Positions 41,362 through 51,525 of a stretch of DNA of 64,000 nucleotides are shown one piece after another. The position numbers were made by a program, and so were the translations under genes. Location of the stretch: positions 115,347 through 179,346 of the forward strand of contig CAZNRH010000001.1 in assembly GCA_964575755.1 (NCBI GenBank), in the 5' to 3' direction. The notes beneath the pieces are model-generated. The model was not told the origin of the DNA and did no database searches. It worked only from the letters and a program-made list of their open reading frames with translations. How positions within the stretch are numbered: the first letter of the stretch is position 1; each line of letters starts with the position of its first letter. The stretch comes from an uncultured Candidatus Saccharibacteria bacterium (GTDB lineage Bacteria > Patescibacteriota > Minisyncoccia > Phycocordibacterales > JABMNX01).

Positions 41362-42375
41362 ATGTCATTTTTTACACCAAAACTAGGAATAGATTTAGGC
41401 ACCACATACACATTGGTGTATGTTCCTGGTAAAGGAGTTGTGTTAAATGAGCCGTCAGTAGTTGCAGTGTCAGAAATAGATAACAAAATACTTGCAGTAG
41501 GCAACGGTGCAAAGGACATGATAGGCCGAACGCCAGAGAGCATCATCGCATATCGCCCAATGAAAGATGGCGTTATTGCAGATTATAAAGTGACCGAGGC
41601 AATGCTTCGCTACTATATGAAGAAAGCACTTCCGTCGTGGAACGTATTTCGACCTGAAGTAATGATTTCAGTGCCAGCAGGAGTAACATCAACAGAAAGG
41701 CGAGCTGTGATTGAAGCTGCAACCAAAGCGGGTGCAAAAAGTGCATATGTGGTGAAAGAGCCAATACTCGCTGCAATAGGGGCTGGTATCCCAATACAAG
41801 AAGCGTGTGGACATATGATAGTGGACATAGGAGGGGGAACTATTGACGTAGCAGTGATTTCGCTTGGCGGTATTGTAGCTTCAACATCAGTAAAGTGTGC
41901 AGGGAACCGTATTGACCAAGCGATAGTAGATTACATAAAAAAGACATTTAACCTCGCTGTGGGGGACAAGACAGCAGAGGATATTAAAATTAAAGTAGGT
42001 TCAGCAGTACCTCTTGAAGAAGAGTTGGTGATGGTAATAAAAGGGCGAGACTTTTTAACTGGGTTGCCACGCTCTACTGACATACGAACAAATGAAATAG
42101 TGAAAGCAATCTCAAGAGAGCTGAGGGAAATGATTAAAGCGATTCGTGATGTACTACAAGATACACCACCTGAGCTCTCGGCTGACATTATTGATCAGGG
42201 GATAATCATGACAGGAGGTTCGTCATTACTACGAAACCTCCCAGAGTTAGTATTTCGTCGAACAGGGGTAAAAGCACATCTTGCTGATGACGCAAAATAT
42301 TGCGTAGCAAACGGTACAGGTATAGCACTCAATCATTTAGATACATATAAAAAGAGCATATTAGCGAAAAGGTAA
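41362..42375 (+). CDS. mreB: Rod shape-determining protein MreB/Mbl (paralog 1)
   Basis: IDLGT, EPSVVA, VDIGGGT, TPPEL, TGG. Confidence 0.95.
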   Translation: MSFFTPKLGIDLGTTYTLVYVPGKGVVLNEPSVVAVSEIDNKILAVGNGAKDMIGRTPESIIAYRPMKDGVIADYKVTEAMLRYYMKKALPSWNVFRPEVMISVPAGVTSTERRAVIEAATKAGAKSAYVVKEPILAAIGAGIPIQEACGHMIVDIGGGTIDVAVISLGGIVASTSVKCAGNRIDQAIVDYIKKTFNLAVGDKTAEDIKIKVGSAVPLEEELVMVIKGRDFLTGLPRSTDIRTNEIVKAISRELREMIKAIRDVLQDTPPELSADIIDQGIIMTGGSSLLRNLPELVFRRTGVKAHLADDAKYCVANGTGIALNHLDTYKKSILAKR

Positions 42376-42560
42376 GGGGTCGCTCGTTTTCTCTCTTTAT
42401 AAGACGAATGTTTCAGTAGTTGAAAATTAAAGTCGTATTAATAATAAAAAGTCCAAGACTCACTGCAAAAAGGTAGTTCAGACAATTGGACTTTTTTTAT
42501 TGCAACTCCTTAATTTTCTAACCACCTTTCGCAAGTCTTATAAAGAGAGAAAGCTCACTG
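42376..42560. other. About 180-nt rod-like hairpin element
   Basis: Nested arms tttctctctttataagac/gtcttataaagagagaaa, gaaaattaa/ttaattttc, aaaaagtccaa/ttggacttttt; begins gggtcgctcg right after the mreB stop. Confidence 0.65.
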
Positions 42561-42620
42561 TGACTGACTCCGCCTTTTCTTTTTATGATTTTTTGTATGG
42601 TTTTGTTACTATAAGGGGTA

Positions 42621-43316
42621 ATGAAAGATATAGCATCACTATTACCAAAAAATCTTCACCATGCGTATGTTATTGAGGGTGGTGAAAGCATTAAGGAACA
42701 ACTACTTCAGTATGTTGAGGACTCTCTTGGAATGAAGACGAGAGGTAATCCAGATATATATATTCGTGAACATGACGTGTTTGGTATAGCTGATGGCAGA
42801 GAAATACAACGATTCGAATCTAATCGCCCAATACACGGCGACAAAAAGATTTTTATACTCTTATTTAAATCAGTCACACTAGAAGCACAAAACTCACTCT
42901 TAAAAACATTTGAAGAGCCGACAGTTGGTACTCACTTTTTTATCATCACACCATCGTCAGAGAATCTTCTTAAGACACTACTTTCACGTGTGCATGTTAT
43001 ACAAGGAACGGAAAAGAATAAAGCACCTTCTATTTTTGCTAAAAAATTTCTAGCTTCACATCCTGCAGATAGACTCGCACTTATTGCGGACATAATCGAA
43101 TCAAAAGACAAACACGAAGCCATCGAGCTTGTTAATGGGCTTGAGGTTGGACTGTATAAGCATAATCATACAAAAAGGCCTGCGGGCACGATTTCATCTC
43201 AGGATGAAATCGCGTTTGAATCACTCCGAGATGTTCGCTCGTATTTAAACGATAGATCTTCTTCTGTGAAAATTCTTCTTGAACACTTATCAGTAACCTT
43301 ACCTCGTATTACATAA
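42621..43316 (+). CDS. holB: DNA polymerase III delta'-like protein (short form)
   Basis: HHAY, NPD, EAQNSLLKTFEEP, TLLSR. Confidence 0.8.
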   Translation: MKDIASLLPKNLHHAYVIEGGESIKEQLLQYVEDSLGMKTRGNPDIYIREHDVFGIADGREIQRFESNRPIHGDKKIFILLFKSVTLEAQNSLLKTFEEPTVGTHFFIITPSSENLLKTLLSRVHVIQGTEKNKAPSIFAKKFLASHPADRLALIADIIESKDKHEAIELVNGLEVGLYKHNHTKRPAGTISSQDEIAFESLRDVRSYLNDRSSSVKILLEHLSVTLPRIT

Positions 43317-43317
43317 T

Positions 43318-44274
43318 ATGTTGTCTCAAAAAACATCAGTAGTACTCACAGCAACATTTATATTCTCACTATTGGTGTTGCCAGCGTTTGGTGCGCTTGA
43401 TACTAAATACGTTGGTTTCGTAGACTCATCACTTTGGTTTGACAGAGAACCATTTTTCTCTGGCGAAGAAGTACGAATATATACGACACTTGCAAACAGC
43501 TCGAGTGCTGACTTCAAAGGGTCTGTTGAGTTTTACGATGGTGATGCTGTTATAGATAGCGCCGATGTTACGCTTGAGCGAAACGGAGGTTTCCAAGTGG
43601 TGTGGGTTGATTGGACTCCTACTGAAGGAGACCACTCTGTAGGTGTAAAAATTGTTGATGCAACATTAACTCCTCCAGGAGGAGAACCAGAATCAGTTGT
43701 ATATGAAAACAATAATACATATTCACAAGACAGGTTTATAGACACAGACACAGACGGAGATGGGGTAGGGAATATAGAAGATTTAGATGACGATAATGAT
43801 AATATTCTTGACTCAGAAGACGAAGAGCCTCTTATCGCTACTATTTATGACGACAAAGAAGAATCTCTTAAAAAAGATCTAGAGGAAAAAAGCACTGAGA
43901 TAGTTTCAAAATTAGGAGAGTTTGCTTCAAGCACATCTCCTAAAATAGCCACAGCGGTAGAAAAGACAATTGACGCAATTGAAGAATTTCGTGTTACACA
44001 AAGTAAAAATATTAAAGAAAAGATACAGGAAACAAAGAAGAAAATAGACAAGGAAAAAGCAAGTTTAGAAGACGGGTATTTAGATGAAACAGGAGAAAAA
44101 AAGAAAAACGCACCATTTAACCAACTCCAACTTCTTGCACTTACTACGGCAGGATATACACTAAGTAACAAGATAGTATTTTATATAACGGGTGTATTTA
44201 TCTTATATTTCATTCTTAAGAAAATTATTCCATGGATATATAGGTTGATGAGAGGAAGAAGTGAAGAATATTAA
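43318..44274 (+). CDS. Surface protein with Ig-like (CARDB-like) domain, Asp-rich Ca-binding repeat and C-terminal TM
   Basis: Signal peptide, beta-rich domain, DTDTDGDGVGN..DLDDDND, C-terminal hydrophobic anchor. Confidence 0.75.
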   Translation: MLSQKTSVVLTATFIFSLLVLPAFGALDTKYVGFVDSSLWFDREPFFSGEEVRIYTTLANSSSADFKGSVEFYDGDAVIDSADVTLERNGGFQVVWVDWTPTEGDHSVGVKIVDATLTPPGGEPESVVYENNNTYSQDRFIDTDTDGDGVGNIEDLDDDNDNILDSEDEEPLIATIYDDKEESLKKDLEEKSTEIVSKLGEFASSTSPKIATAVEKTIDAIEEFRVTQSKNIKEKIQETKKKIDKEKASLEDGYLDETGEKKKNAPFNQLQLLALTTAGYTLSNKIVFYITGVFILYFILKKIIPWIYRLMRGRSEEY

Positions 44275-44320
44275 GAATTAGTTTTTAGTTGATGGTGAGT
44301 AGTTTATAGTCAAAAACAAC

Positions 44321-44629
44321 ATGCAAACATTTACTTTAATTATAATTGGGGTTCTCGGGATAGCGCTCGGGCTTATTTTGGGGCGTGCTGGATCCAATAA
44401 ACACTTAAGTAATTTTGTAAACAAAGAAAGATACCCACTTAAAGAGCGTAGGAAAACAATGCTTTTAAAACATCTTAAAGATCGAGAGAGACTTACTAAC
44501 AGCAAAGCTCAAGAATTGCTTGGAGTGTCAGATACTACAGCCGTTAGGTATTTTGATGAGCTAGAGGAAGAAGGCTTAGTGGTGCAGAAAGGTGAACATG
44601 GACGCGGAGTGTATTACGAGCTTGTCTAA
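44321..44629 (+). CDS. Membrane-anchored winged-HTH protein (DeoR-type HTH)
   Basis: N-terminal TM; LTNS...LLGVSDTTA.RY.DELE..G...G.GRGVYY. Confidence 0.75.
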   Translation: MQTFTLIIIGVLGIALGLILGRAGSNKHLSNFVNKERYPLKERRKTMLLKHLKDRERLTNSKAQELLGVSDTTAVRYFDELEEEGLVVQKGEHGRGVYYELV

Positions 44630-44787
44630 CTAATATATAAGCCACAAAAGAATGCCCCAACCACTTGGGGCATTCTTTTTATGGCTTAAACAGAACTCTT
44701 TACAGGCAGGCATTAATGTTATTTATTTTACACACAGACATGAACATATTATACATAAAATAGATAATCTGGAAAGGGAACATTATC

Positions 44788-45276
44788 ATGCAAGGCATTT
44801 TAACAGATAGTCTGGTGACCAGAGCGTTTGATTTGGTTCGCCCATGTATTGAGCTCACTATGAGGTCAGGAATTACTAGCGGTGAAGATCTTGCTGTTGT
44901 AGTAACAGCAACTAACGATATAAATCCATGGACGCCGGAAGCTGACGGGAAGTCTTTCGAGGACTCTTGTTATCTGGTTGCCTCGATCGGAAAACTGGAA
45001 CGCCACACATACCCGATTGCTAAAATAGCACTCAGGAAAGCAGAGCAATCAGTAAGGACGGGGTTACCAACTTCGAAATTAGCACCACAGTATTTACTTG
45101 GTGATGACACTCTTTATTGGGGCAGTGTGGTTGTCGATGGTATCGTCGTCGCCTGTTCTGGTCTTAAACCGTACCACGATGAAATGTTTGCCTATTGGAT
45201 TGCCACAGCAATTCAAGCAGAGGCAAAGAGCAGGTATGAAGAATTGCTCGCTGGCGGAGGAAGCTTCGTCGAGTAG
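44788..45276 (+). CDS. Hypothetical protein, possibly GlcG/HbpS-like fold
   Basis: IA..KA..S.RTG, WG.V...GIVVACSG...HD; flanked by terminators. Confidence 0.55.
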   Translation: MQGILTDSLVTRAFDLVRPCIELTMRSGITSGEDLAVVVTATNDINPWTPEADGKSFEDSCYLVASIGKLERHTYPIAKIALRKAEQSVRTGLPTSKLAPQYLLGDDTLYWGSVVVDGIVVACSGLKPYHDEMFAYWIATAIQAEAKSRYEELLAGGGSFVE

Positions 45277-45410
45277 GGTTTTACAACCCGTTAAAAACAG
45301 TCCGTTGGACTCGTTTTTAACGGGCTGTTTTTTTGTTTAAAAATTATTTTGAAACTTCGTGCCATTTTTCTACTTTTAACTTTATACTTTATACTTTATA
45401 CTAGTTCTAT

Positions 45411-45962
45411 ATGACATACGATTTTTCACAATTAAAACAAAAGATAGAGGATACGGAAGTGTGGCTTAAGAAAGAATTTCAAGGAATTCGCACGGGGCAG
45501 GCAACACCAACTCTTCTTGATAATATTCAAGTTGAATCATATGGTACTCGTGTACCGCTTAATCAGGTAGGGAATGTAGGTGTAGAAGACGCACGAACAC
45601 TACGTGTGAGTATATGGAATGTAGAGCAAATAAAAGATGTTGAGAAGGCAATAACAGACGCTAATCTTGGCGTAGGTGTTTCACCTGACGAAAGTGGCGT
45701 GCGTGTTACATTTCCAGAACTTACTTCAGAGAGACGAGTCACATTGATTAAGCTTTCAAAGGACAAGCTTGAAGAGGCGAGAATATCACTACGGAACGAA
45801 CGTGACACTGTGTGGAATGATATACAAAAGCAAGAAAAGGCAGGCGATATAAGCGAAGACGAAAAGTTTGGCAGTAAAGAGGAGATGCAAAGACTTATCG
45901 ATGAAGGAAACAAATCTCTTGATACGCTAGGAGATAAAAAAGAAGCTGAAATTAAATCATAA
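45411..45962 (+). CDS. frr: Ribosome recycling factor
   Basis: IRTGQA.P.LLD, YG...PL, PELT.ERR, ISEDE. Confidence 0.97.
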   Translation: MTYDFSQLKQKIEDTEVWLKKEFQGIRTGQATPTLLDNIQVESYGTRVPLNQVGNVGVEDARTLRVSIWNVEQIKDVEKAITDANLGVGVSPDESGVRVTFPELTSERRVTLIKLSKDKLEEARISLRNERDTVWNDIQKQEKAGDISEDEKFGSKEEMQRLIDEGNKSLDTLGDKKEAEIKS

Positions 45963-45972
45963 CCTTTAACTA

Positions 45973-47097
45973 ATGTCTATATTAATATTCTTAGGAGTTC
46001 TTATAGTTCTTATTATCGTCCATGAATTTGGGCATTTTATTGTTGCAAAACGCTCTGGTATCCGTGTGGACGAGTTTGGAGTAGGTTTTCCGCCAAAACT
46101 TTTTGGCAAGAAATATGGTGAGACGGAGTACACTGTAAATGCTTTACCGTTTGGTGGATTTGTAAAAATATTTGGTGAGAATCCTGATGACGAATCAATG
46201 AATGGTCCAGATAGCTCTCGCGCACTTATCCATAAGCCAAAATTAATTCAAGCGGCGGTACTTTTTGCGGGGGTGTTTTTTAATATTTTGTTTGCTTGGC
46301 TTTTGTTCTCTATAACATTAATGGTTGGTATGCCAACACTTGTAAACACGCAAGATGAAAGTGTCTCTAAATATATTTCAAATGAACGACTTGTGATAAC
46401 GCAGGTTTTACCTAACTCTCCCGCAGAAGAAGTATCGCTTACTCCTGGAGATGAAATAATTTCTCTTTTCCCTCCTATTTATTCATCTATCCCGTCTATA
46501 CATCCAGAGAATATGGAAGCAGTCAGCACTTTTATCAGTGCACACAAAGGGGAAGCTATAACCATAGAGCTTATACGTAGTGGTAAAGAGGAGAAAGTTA
46601 CAGTTACTCCAGAAAGTGGGTTGATAGATGGATCGCTAGACACTCCAGCTATTGGTATTGGTATGGGGATTGTTGGAGACTTAAAGCTCCCAATTCATCT
46701 TGCAATACTTGAAGGAGGCAAGAAAACCATAGACATGTTTTACCGCATTACTGTGGGTATAGGAATGTTCTTGTATGATGTTATCTTGTTTAAAGCAGAT
46801 TTATCATCAGTTGCTGGTCCTATTGGCATAGTTGGACTTGTTGGCGACGCGTCTGCACTTGGATTTTTGATACTTCTTAACTTCACCGCTTTAATATCAC
46901 TAAACCTTGCTGTGATTAATCTTATCCCGTTTCCTGCACTCGACGGTGGGCGGTTACTATTCCTTGCGATTGAGGCAGTTAAAGGTACCCCTATAAAACC
47001 ACACGTTGCTAATGCATTTAATTTTATTGGGTTTGCACTTCTAATACTCCTTATGCTTGTTGTTACATACGGCGATATTCTCCGTATTGTTAAATAA
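45973..47097 (+). CDS. rseP: RIP metalloprotease RseP (M50, PDZ)
   Basis: HEFGH, LPFGGFV, NLIPFPALDGG. Confidence 0.95.
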   Translation: MSILIFLGVLIVLIIVHEFGHFIVAKRSGIRVDEFGVGFPPKLFGKKYGETEYTVNALPFGGFVKIFGENPDDESMNGPDSSRALIHKPKLIQAAVLFAGVFFNILFAWLLFSITLMVGMPTLVNTQDESVSKYISNERLVITQVLPNSPAEEVSLTPGDEIISLFPPIYSSIPSIHPENMEAVSTFISAHKGEAITIELIRSGKEEKVTVTPESGLIDGSLDTPAIGIGMGIVGDLKLPIHLAILEGGKKTIDMFYRITVGIGMFLYDVILFKADLSSVAGPIGIVGLVGDASALGFLILLNFTALISLNLAVINLIPFPALDGGRLLFLAIEAVKGTPIKPHVANAFNFIGFALLILLMLVVTYGDILRIVK

Positions 47098-47127
47098 GAT
47101 AGTTAAGCAAAGCAAATCACCACATCG

Positions 47128-47896
47128 CTTAGTTGTCCGACCATTAAGTGACGTTATTAGTGATATTATTAATGTAATGAGAAAAACTCCTTTTATAACT
47201 GGTGAGTATTATCATATCTATAATCGCGGAGTAGAGAAAATAGATACATTCAAGGACTTACATGACGCTCAGCGTTTTTTGCAGAGCATGGAAGAGTTTA
47301 ATACTATTGAACCCATAGGAAGTATTTATGAAAATAATTTTCGTAAAAATAACCAACTTAGTGGTCGGACCACTAAGTCAGAAAGATTAGTGGAATTTTT
47401 GTGTTATTGCGTCAATCCTAATCATTATCATTTTGTATTATTACAGGTGGTTGATGGAGGTATAAGCGAATTCATTAGAAGGTTATCTGGTGGATATACA
47501 CGGTACTTTAATCACAGACATAAACGTTCTGGCGTGCTGTTTCAGGGGAAATTTAAATCTGTACACATAGATTCTAATGAATATTTATTACATTTAAGCG
47601 CATATGTAAATCTAAATAATAAAGTCCATAAACTTAGTGGTCCGACTGCTAAGTTAGTGAGATCAAGTTGGGATGAATATATCGATGGAAGTAGAAGAAA
47701 TAACAAAGAATGTTTTTGCAAGAAAGACATTATTTTAGGACAATTCAAAAACAAATCTGAATATAAAAAATATGCGGAATCTTCATTAAAAGACATGGTA
47801 AAAATAAAAGAAGTTACTAAAGGATTGGAAGATTTGCTATTAGAATAAGTTACTCAGTTCTCTTCACTTAGTGGTCGGACCACTAAGTGAAGAGAA
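47128..47896. repeat. Four copies of 21-bp palindrome CTTAGTGGTC(G/C)GACCACTAAG around and inside the transposase
   Basis: Cores at 47128, 47357, 47633 and 47867; the last extends to a 39-bp palindrome 47858-47896. Confidence 0.9.
47177..47848 (+). mobile_element. REP-associated tyrosine transposase (RAYT / Y1 HUH)
   Basis: YYHIYNRG, HUH motif NHYHF, YFN.RH.R.G.LFQG.FKS, catalytic Y in YVNLN, SSW.EY. Confidence 0.9.
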
Positions 47897-47962
47897 TGGT
47901 AAGAATGTATGCAAAAAACACTGTTTTGACCGTAGCGATTAGATACGATACTATTGCTTGTA

Positions 47963-49225
47963 ATGAGACAAAGTAAATTATTCACAAAAACCAGAAAAGA
48001 GGCTCCAAAAGATGAGGTGTCAAAAAACGCTCAGCTTTTAATCCGTGCAGGGTATATTCATAAAGAGATGGCAGGTGTGTATTCATTCCTACCTCTAGGT
48101 GTGCGAGTAATGGATAATATTAAAAATATTATTCGTGATGAGATGAATGTTATAGGAGGGCAGGAAGTATTTATGTCATCACTACAAGATCCTGAACTTT
48201 GGAAGAAGACAGACAGATGGAATGATGAAGTTGTTGATGTTTGGTTTAAATCTAAACTCAAAGCAGGTGGCGACATAGGTTTTGCGTGGACGCATGAGGA
48301 AATGATTACACGAATTATGTCAGAGTATATTCGTTCGTACAAAGACCTACCACTCTATACGTATCACATACAAAATAAATTTAGAAATGAAGTTCGTGCT
48401 AAAAGCGGTATTATGCGTACGAGAGAGTTCTTTATGAAGGACCTGTACTCTTTCTCTCGAACACAGGAGGAGCACGACAAGTTCTATGCTGAATCAGCAG
48501 AGACTTACATGCGTGTATTCAATAGGCTTGGTATAGGAGATAAAACATACAAGACATTTGCGTCAGGGGGCGCATTTACAAAGTTTAGCCACGAGTTTCA
48601 AACACTATCAGAAGCCGGTGAAGATATTATTTATATTAATGAAGAAAAGGGCATAGCAGTAAATGAGGAAGTTCTTGCTGACGCCGACTTATCTGAGCTT
48701 GGAGTAACCCGTGAAGAATTGGAAAAAAGAAAAAGTATCGAAGTTGGCAATATATTTTCTTTAGGTACTAAGTTCTCAGAAGCTTTGGGATTAAAGTATG
48801 TAGACGAAGCAGGGGAGGAGAAGCCAATTATTATGGGATCATATGGTATTGGGCCAGCTCGTGCAATGGGTACTGTCGTCGAGCTTCTTTCAGATGACAA
48901 AGGTATTGTGTGGCCAGAAGAAGTTGCACCATTTAAGATTCACCTTGTTGAAATTGGAGGAGGGGACGAGAAAGTGCAGGTATATGCTGATGAATTGTAT
49001 AAGAAATTTGCCGACACTGGTATAGACGTGTTGTATGACGACAGAGACGCTCGAGCAGGAGAGAAATTTGCCGACAGTGACTTACTGGGCATTCCTACTC
49101 GTGTCGTTATAAGTAAAAAGACACTTGAAGGTGGGGCTGATAATAATTCTGGTAACAATATAGAGCGTGTTGATAGAAAGACAGGAAAGGTCGAGATGGT
49201 TAGTGAGGCTGAACTTTTCTCTTAG
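47963..49225 (+). CDS. proS: Proline--tRNA ligase (short form, no editing domain)
   Basis: LLIRAG, THEE, KFRNE.R...G.MR.REF.MKD.Y, IEVGNIF.LG, MGSYGIG. Confidence 0.96.
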   Translation: MRQSKLFTKTRKEAPKDEVSKNAQLLIRAGYIHKEMAGVYSFLPLGVRVMDNIKNIIRDEMNVIGGQEVFMSSLQDPELWKKTDRWNDEVVDVWFKSKLKAGGDIGFAWTHEEMITRIMSEYIRSYKDLPLYTYHIQNKFRNEVRAKSGIMRTREFFMKDLYSFSRTQEEHDKFYAESAETYMRVFNRLGIGDKTYKTFASGGAFTKFSHEFQTLSEAGEDIIYINEEKGIAVNEEVLADADLSELGVTREELEKRKSIEVGNIFSLGTKFSEALGLKYVDEAGEEKPIIMGSYGIGPARAMGTVVELLSDDKGIVWPEEVAPFKIHLVEIGGGDEKVQVYADELYKKFADTGIDVLYDDRDARAGEKFADSDLLGIPTRVVISKKTLEGGADNNSGNNIERVDRKTGKVEMVSEAELFS

Positions 49226-49231
49226 AGGATT

Positions 49232-49370
49232 ATGAATCCCGTTAAAGATAAGTCGTACGTAAATGACTGTCGGACACTGAAACAGAATATGAAACAAGGT
49301 CAACAATTACAAATATATTTAATTTTAGGACAAAGGTTGTTTACGCCGGTGTCCTATCTCTAACGGGATG
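49232..49370 (+). mobile_element. Start-codon-bracketing structured element, copy C
   Basis: ATGAAtcccgttaaagata...tatctctaacgggATGGA before mreB; shares cggacact, gacaa.g.ttgttta and gtgtcctat with copies A/B. Confidence 0.75.
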
Positions 49371-50447
49371 GATATTAAAAAGACTTTCAAAGACTATTTC
49401 GACAAGTTTTATAGATTATTTTCAAATGATATCGGCATAGATCTTGGTACAGCAAATACATTGGTTTACCTGCGTGGGCGTGGAGTGGTTATTAACGAAC
49501 CTTCTGTGGTTGCAGTTAATCAGAAGACAGGGCAAGTAGTCGCTGTTGGTAAACAAGCGAAAGAGATGTCTGGGCGTACACCAGGGCATATTGTAGCAAT
49601 ACAGCCGCTTGTTGAAGGCGTGGTTTCTGACTTTGAGGTAACAGAAGAAATGCTTGCGTATTTAATTAATAAAGCCCAAGAACACAGGCGAACTTTTCTG
49701 GGACCACGTGTGGTTATTGGCGTGCCATCTGGTATTACAAGTGTTGAAATAAGAGCAGTAAGAGACGCTGCAAGAAATGCAGGAGCGCGAGAAGTTCATA
49801 TTATAGAAGAGCCGATGGCTGCCGCAATAGGTATTAAGCTACCTGTACATGACCCCATTGGAAGTATGATAGTGGATATAGGTGGAGGTACTTGCGACGT
49901 GGCTATTATCTCACTTGGAGGCATAGTCCGATCTAAGAACATTCGAATAGCAGGAGATAAACTCAATCAGGATATTTCGAGCTACATTAGAAGTGAGTTT
50001 AAAATACTTATAGGAGACAAGACAGCAGAGGCACTTAAAATAAAAGCAGGTTCATTGGTTGAAGGTGATGAGCCGATTGAAGCTACTGTGCGAGGGCGTG
50101 ACCTTGTTACTGGACTACCAAGAGAAGTAATAATAACTGACGCAGACATACGTGAGGCAATCTCGGGCTCTATTAACCATCTCGTTGATGCTATTAAAGA
50201 AGTTCTTGAAACAACTCCACCTGAAATACTTTCTGATGTTATGCAAAGAGGTATGTATATTGCAGGCGGTGGGGCGTTAATTCAAGGCCTTTCAGAGGTT
50301 ATTGCAGAGTCAATTAACATACCAATATACGTGACCAGTGATCCGCTTACATCAGTTGTTCGTGGTACAGGTATTGTTCTTGAGGACATAGATAAATTTA
50401 AAGACATGCTAATAGAGAACGACAATGAGCTTACTCCAACAGAATAA
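49368..50447 (+). CDS. mreB: Rod shape-determining protein MreB (paralog 2)
   Basis: IGIDLGTANT, EEPMAAAIG, VDIGGGT, GRDLVTGLP; adjacent to mreC. Confidence 0.96.
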   Translation: MDIKKTFKDYFDKFYRLFSNDIGIDLGTANTLVYLRGRGVVINEPSVVAVNQKTGQVVAVGKQAKEMSGRTPGHIVAIQPLVEGVVSDFEVTEEMLAYLINKAQEHRRTFLGPRVVIGVPSGITSVEIRAVRDAARNAGAREVHIIEEPMAAAIGIKLPVHDPIGSMIVDIGGGTCDVAIISLGGIVRSKNIRIAGDKLNQDISSYIRSEFKILIGDKTAEALKIKAGSLVEGDEPIEATVRGRDLVTGLPREVIITDADIREAISGSINHLVDAIKEVLETTPPEILSDVMQRGMYIAGGGALIQGLSEVIAESINIPIYVTSDPLTSVVRGTGIVLEDIDKFKDMLIENDNELTPTE

Positions 50448-51225
50448 TTTAAGTTTTAATAAAAGATCACGTTTTCCTAAACCATTACTTGTGGCTGTTG
50501 TTTTGATTATTATTATTTTAGTAAATGATTCTGCACTTGGATTTGTATCTAAAGTCACTTATTCAATAGGTGGTTCTATATGGAAGACTCAGTCGGTTGT
50601 GGTAAATACGTTTAATAATATTGCGACCGCATTCAAAGACAAACAAGGACTAGAAAGAAAGAATCAAACATTACATGAAGAGATTGATCGACTAGAACTT
50701 TCCTCTATATGGACGGAAGTTCTTCGGCAAGAAAATGATAGTCTGCGAGAATTACTTAATCGAGAAAGTGAGAAGAATTTCATAGCAGCCTCTATATTAA
50801 CAAGACCAAATCAGACACTCTATGACACATTTGTTGTTGATGTTGGCAGAAGAGACGGGGTTAATGTTGGGGCTCGTGTGTTTGGTGTTGAGAAAATAGC
50901 CATTGGCTCTGTCACAGAAGTATATTTAAGGACGTCTCTTATTAGTCTGTATTCATCACCTGGACGTTCAATTGATGTGCTTTTAGGTGATGAGTCTGTT
51001 TCTGTTAAAGCGGTTGGTCGCGGAGGTGGAGATTTTGAGGTGCGAGTTCCTCGTGGTGTGGATGTGTCAAAAGGTCAAGTGGTGCTCTCGCCAGGATTAG
51101 ATAATGGAGTTTTTGGCGTCGTGGAAGAAGTAGTTGCTCTACCAGCAGACTCTTTTCAAACAATTCTCTTCAGTAGTCCTATTAATATACAGTCACTTCG
51201 TATGGTTGCGATTATGTTACGATGA
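50425..51225 (+). CDS. mreC: Rod shape-determining protein MreC
   Basis: TM, coiled coil EN..LRELL, D.G..DGV beta domain; synteny. Confidence 0.85.
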   Translation: MSLLQQNNLSFNKRSRFPKPLLVAVVLIIIILVNDSALGFVSKVTYSIGGSIWKTQSVVVNTFNNIATAFKDKQGLERKNQTLHEEIDRLELSSIWTEVLRQENDSLRELLNRESEKNFIAASILTRPNQTLYDTFVVDVGRRDGVNVGARVFGVEKIAIGSVTEVYLRTSLISLYSSPGRSIDVLLGDESVSVKAVGRGGGDFEVRVPRGVDVSKGQVVLSPGLDNGVFGVVEEVVALPADSFQTILFSSPINIQSLRMVAIMLR

Positions 51226-51494
51226 TTCGTCACACTCTCATAACAATTTTATTTTTCTTAAGCATATTCATGTTTCCGTGGTATGTGACCGTATTTCTAG
51301 CTTTTGCTTTAATCGCAGTAGCGCCAGGGTACGAGATAATCATTGGTGGAATTGTTATTGATTTCTTATATGGGGTTGTGACGCCAAGCTTATTCTTTAG
51401 TCCATTTTCATTTACAGTGTTTTTTGTAATAGTATATATCTTAAGTCATTTTATAAAAAAGCGTTTAGTTTTTTATCAAAACAGTAGAGAGTAG
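51222..51494 (+). CDS. Small membrane protein in the mreD position
   Basis: Very hydrophobic, G...D...G; lies between mreC and PBP2. Confidence 0.6.
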   Translation: MIRHTLITILFFLSIFMFPWYVTVFLAFALIAVAPGYEIIIGGIVIDFLYGVVTPSLFFSPFSFTVFFVIVYILSHFIKKRLVFYQNSRE

Positions 51495-51525
51495 GAGTAT
51501 CCAAAAATGATACAATGGATTTATA

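Noticed and set aside
45286-45335. cccgttaaaaac...gtttttaacggg resembling the start-codon element termini
   Set aside because: It is short, follows a stop codon, has a U-tract, and lacks flanking ATGAA and the internal motifs; best read as a terminator.
41362-50447. Two mreB paralogs as a novelty
   Set aside because: Multiple MreB/Mbl paralogs are common in bacteria.
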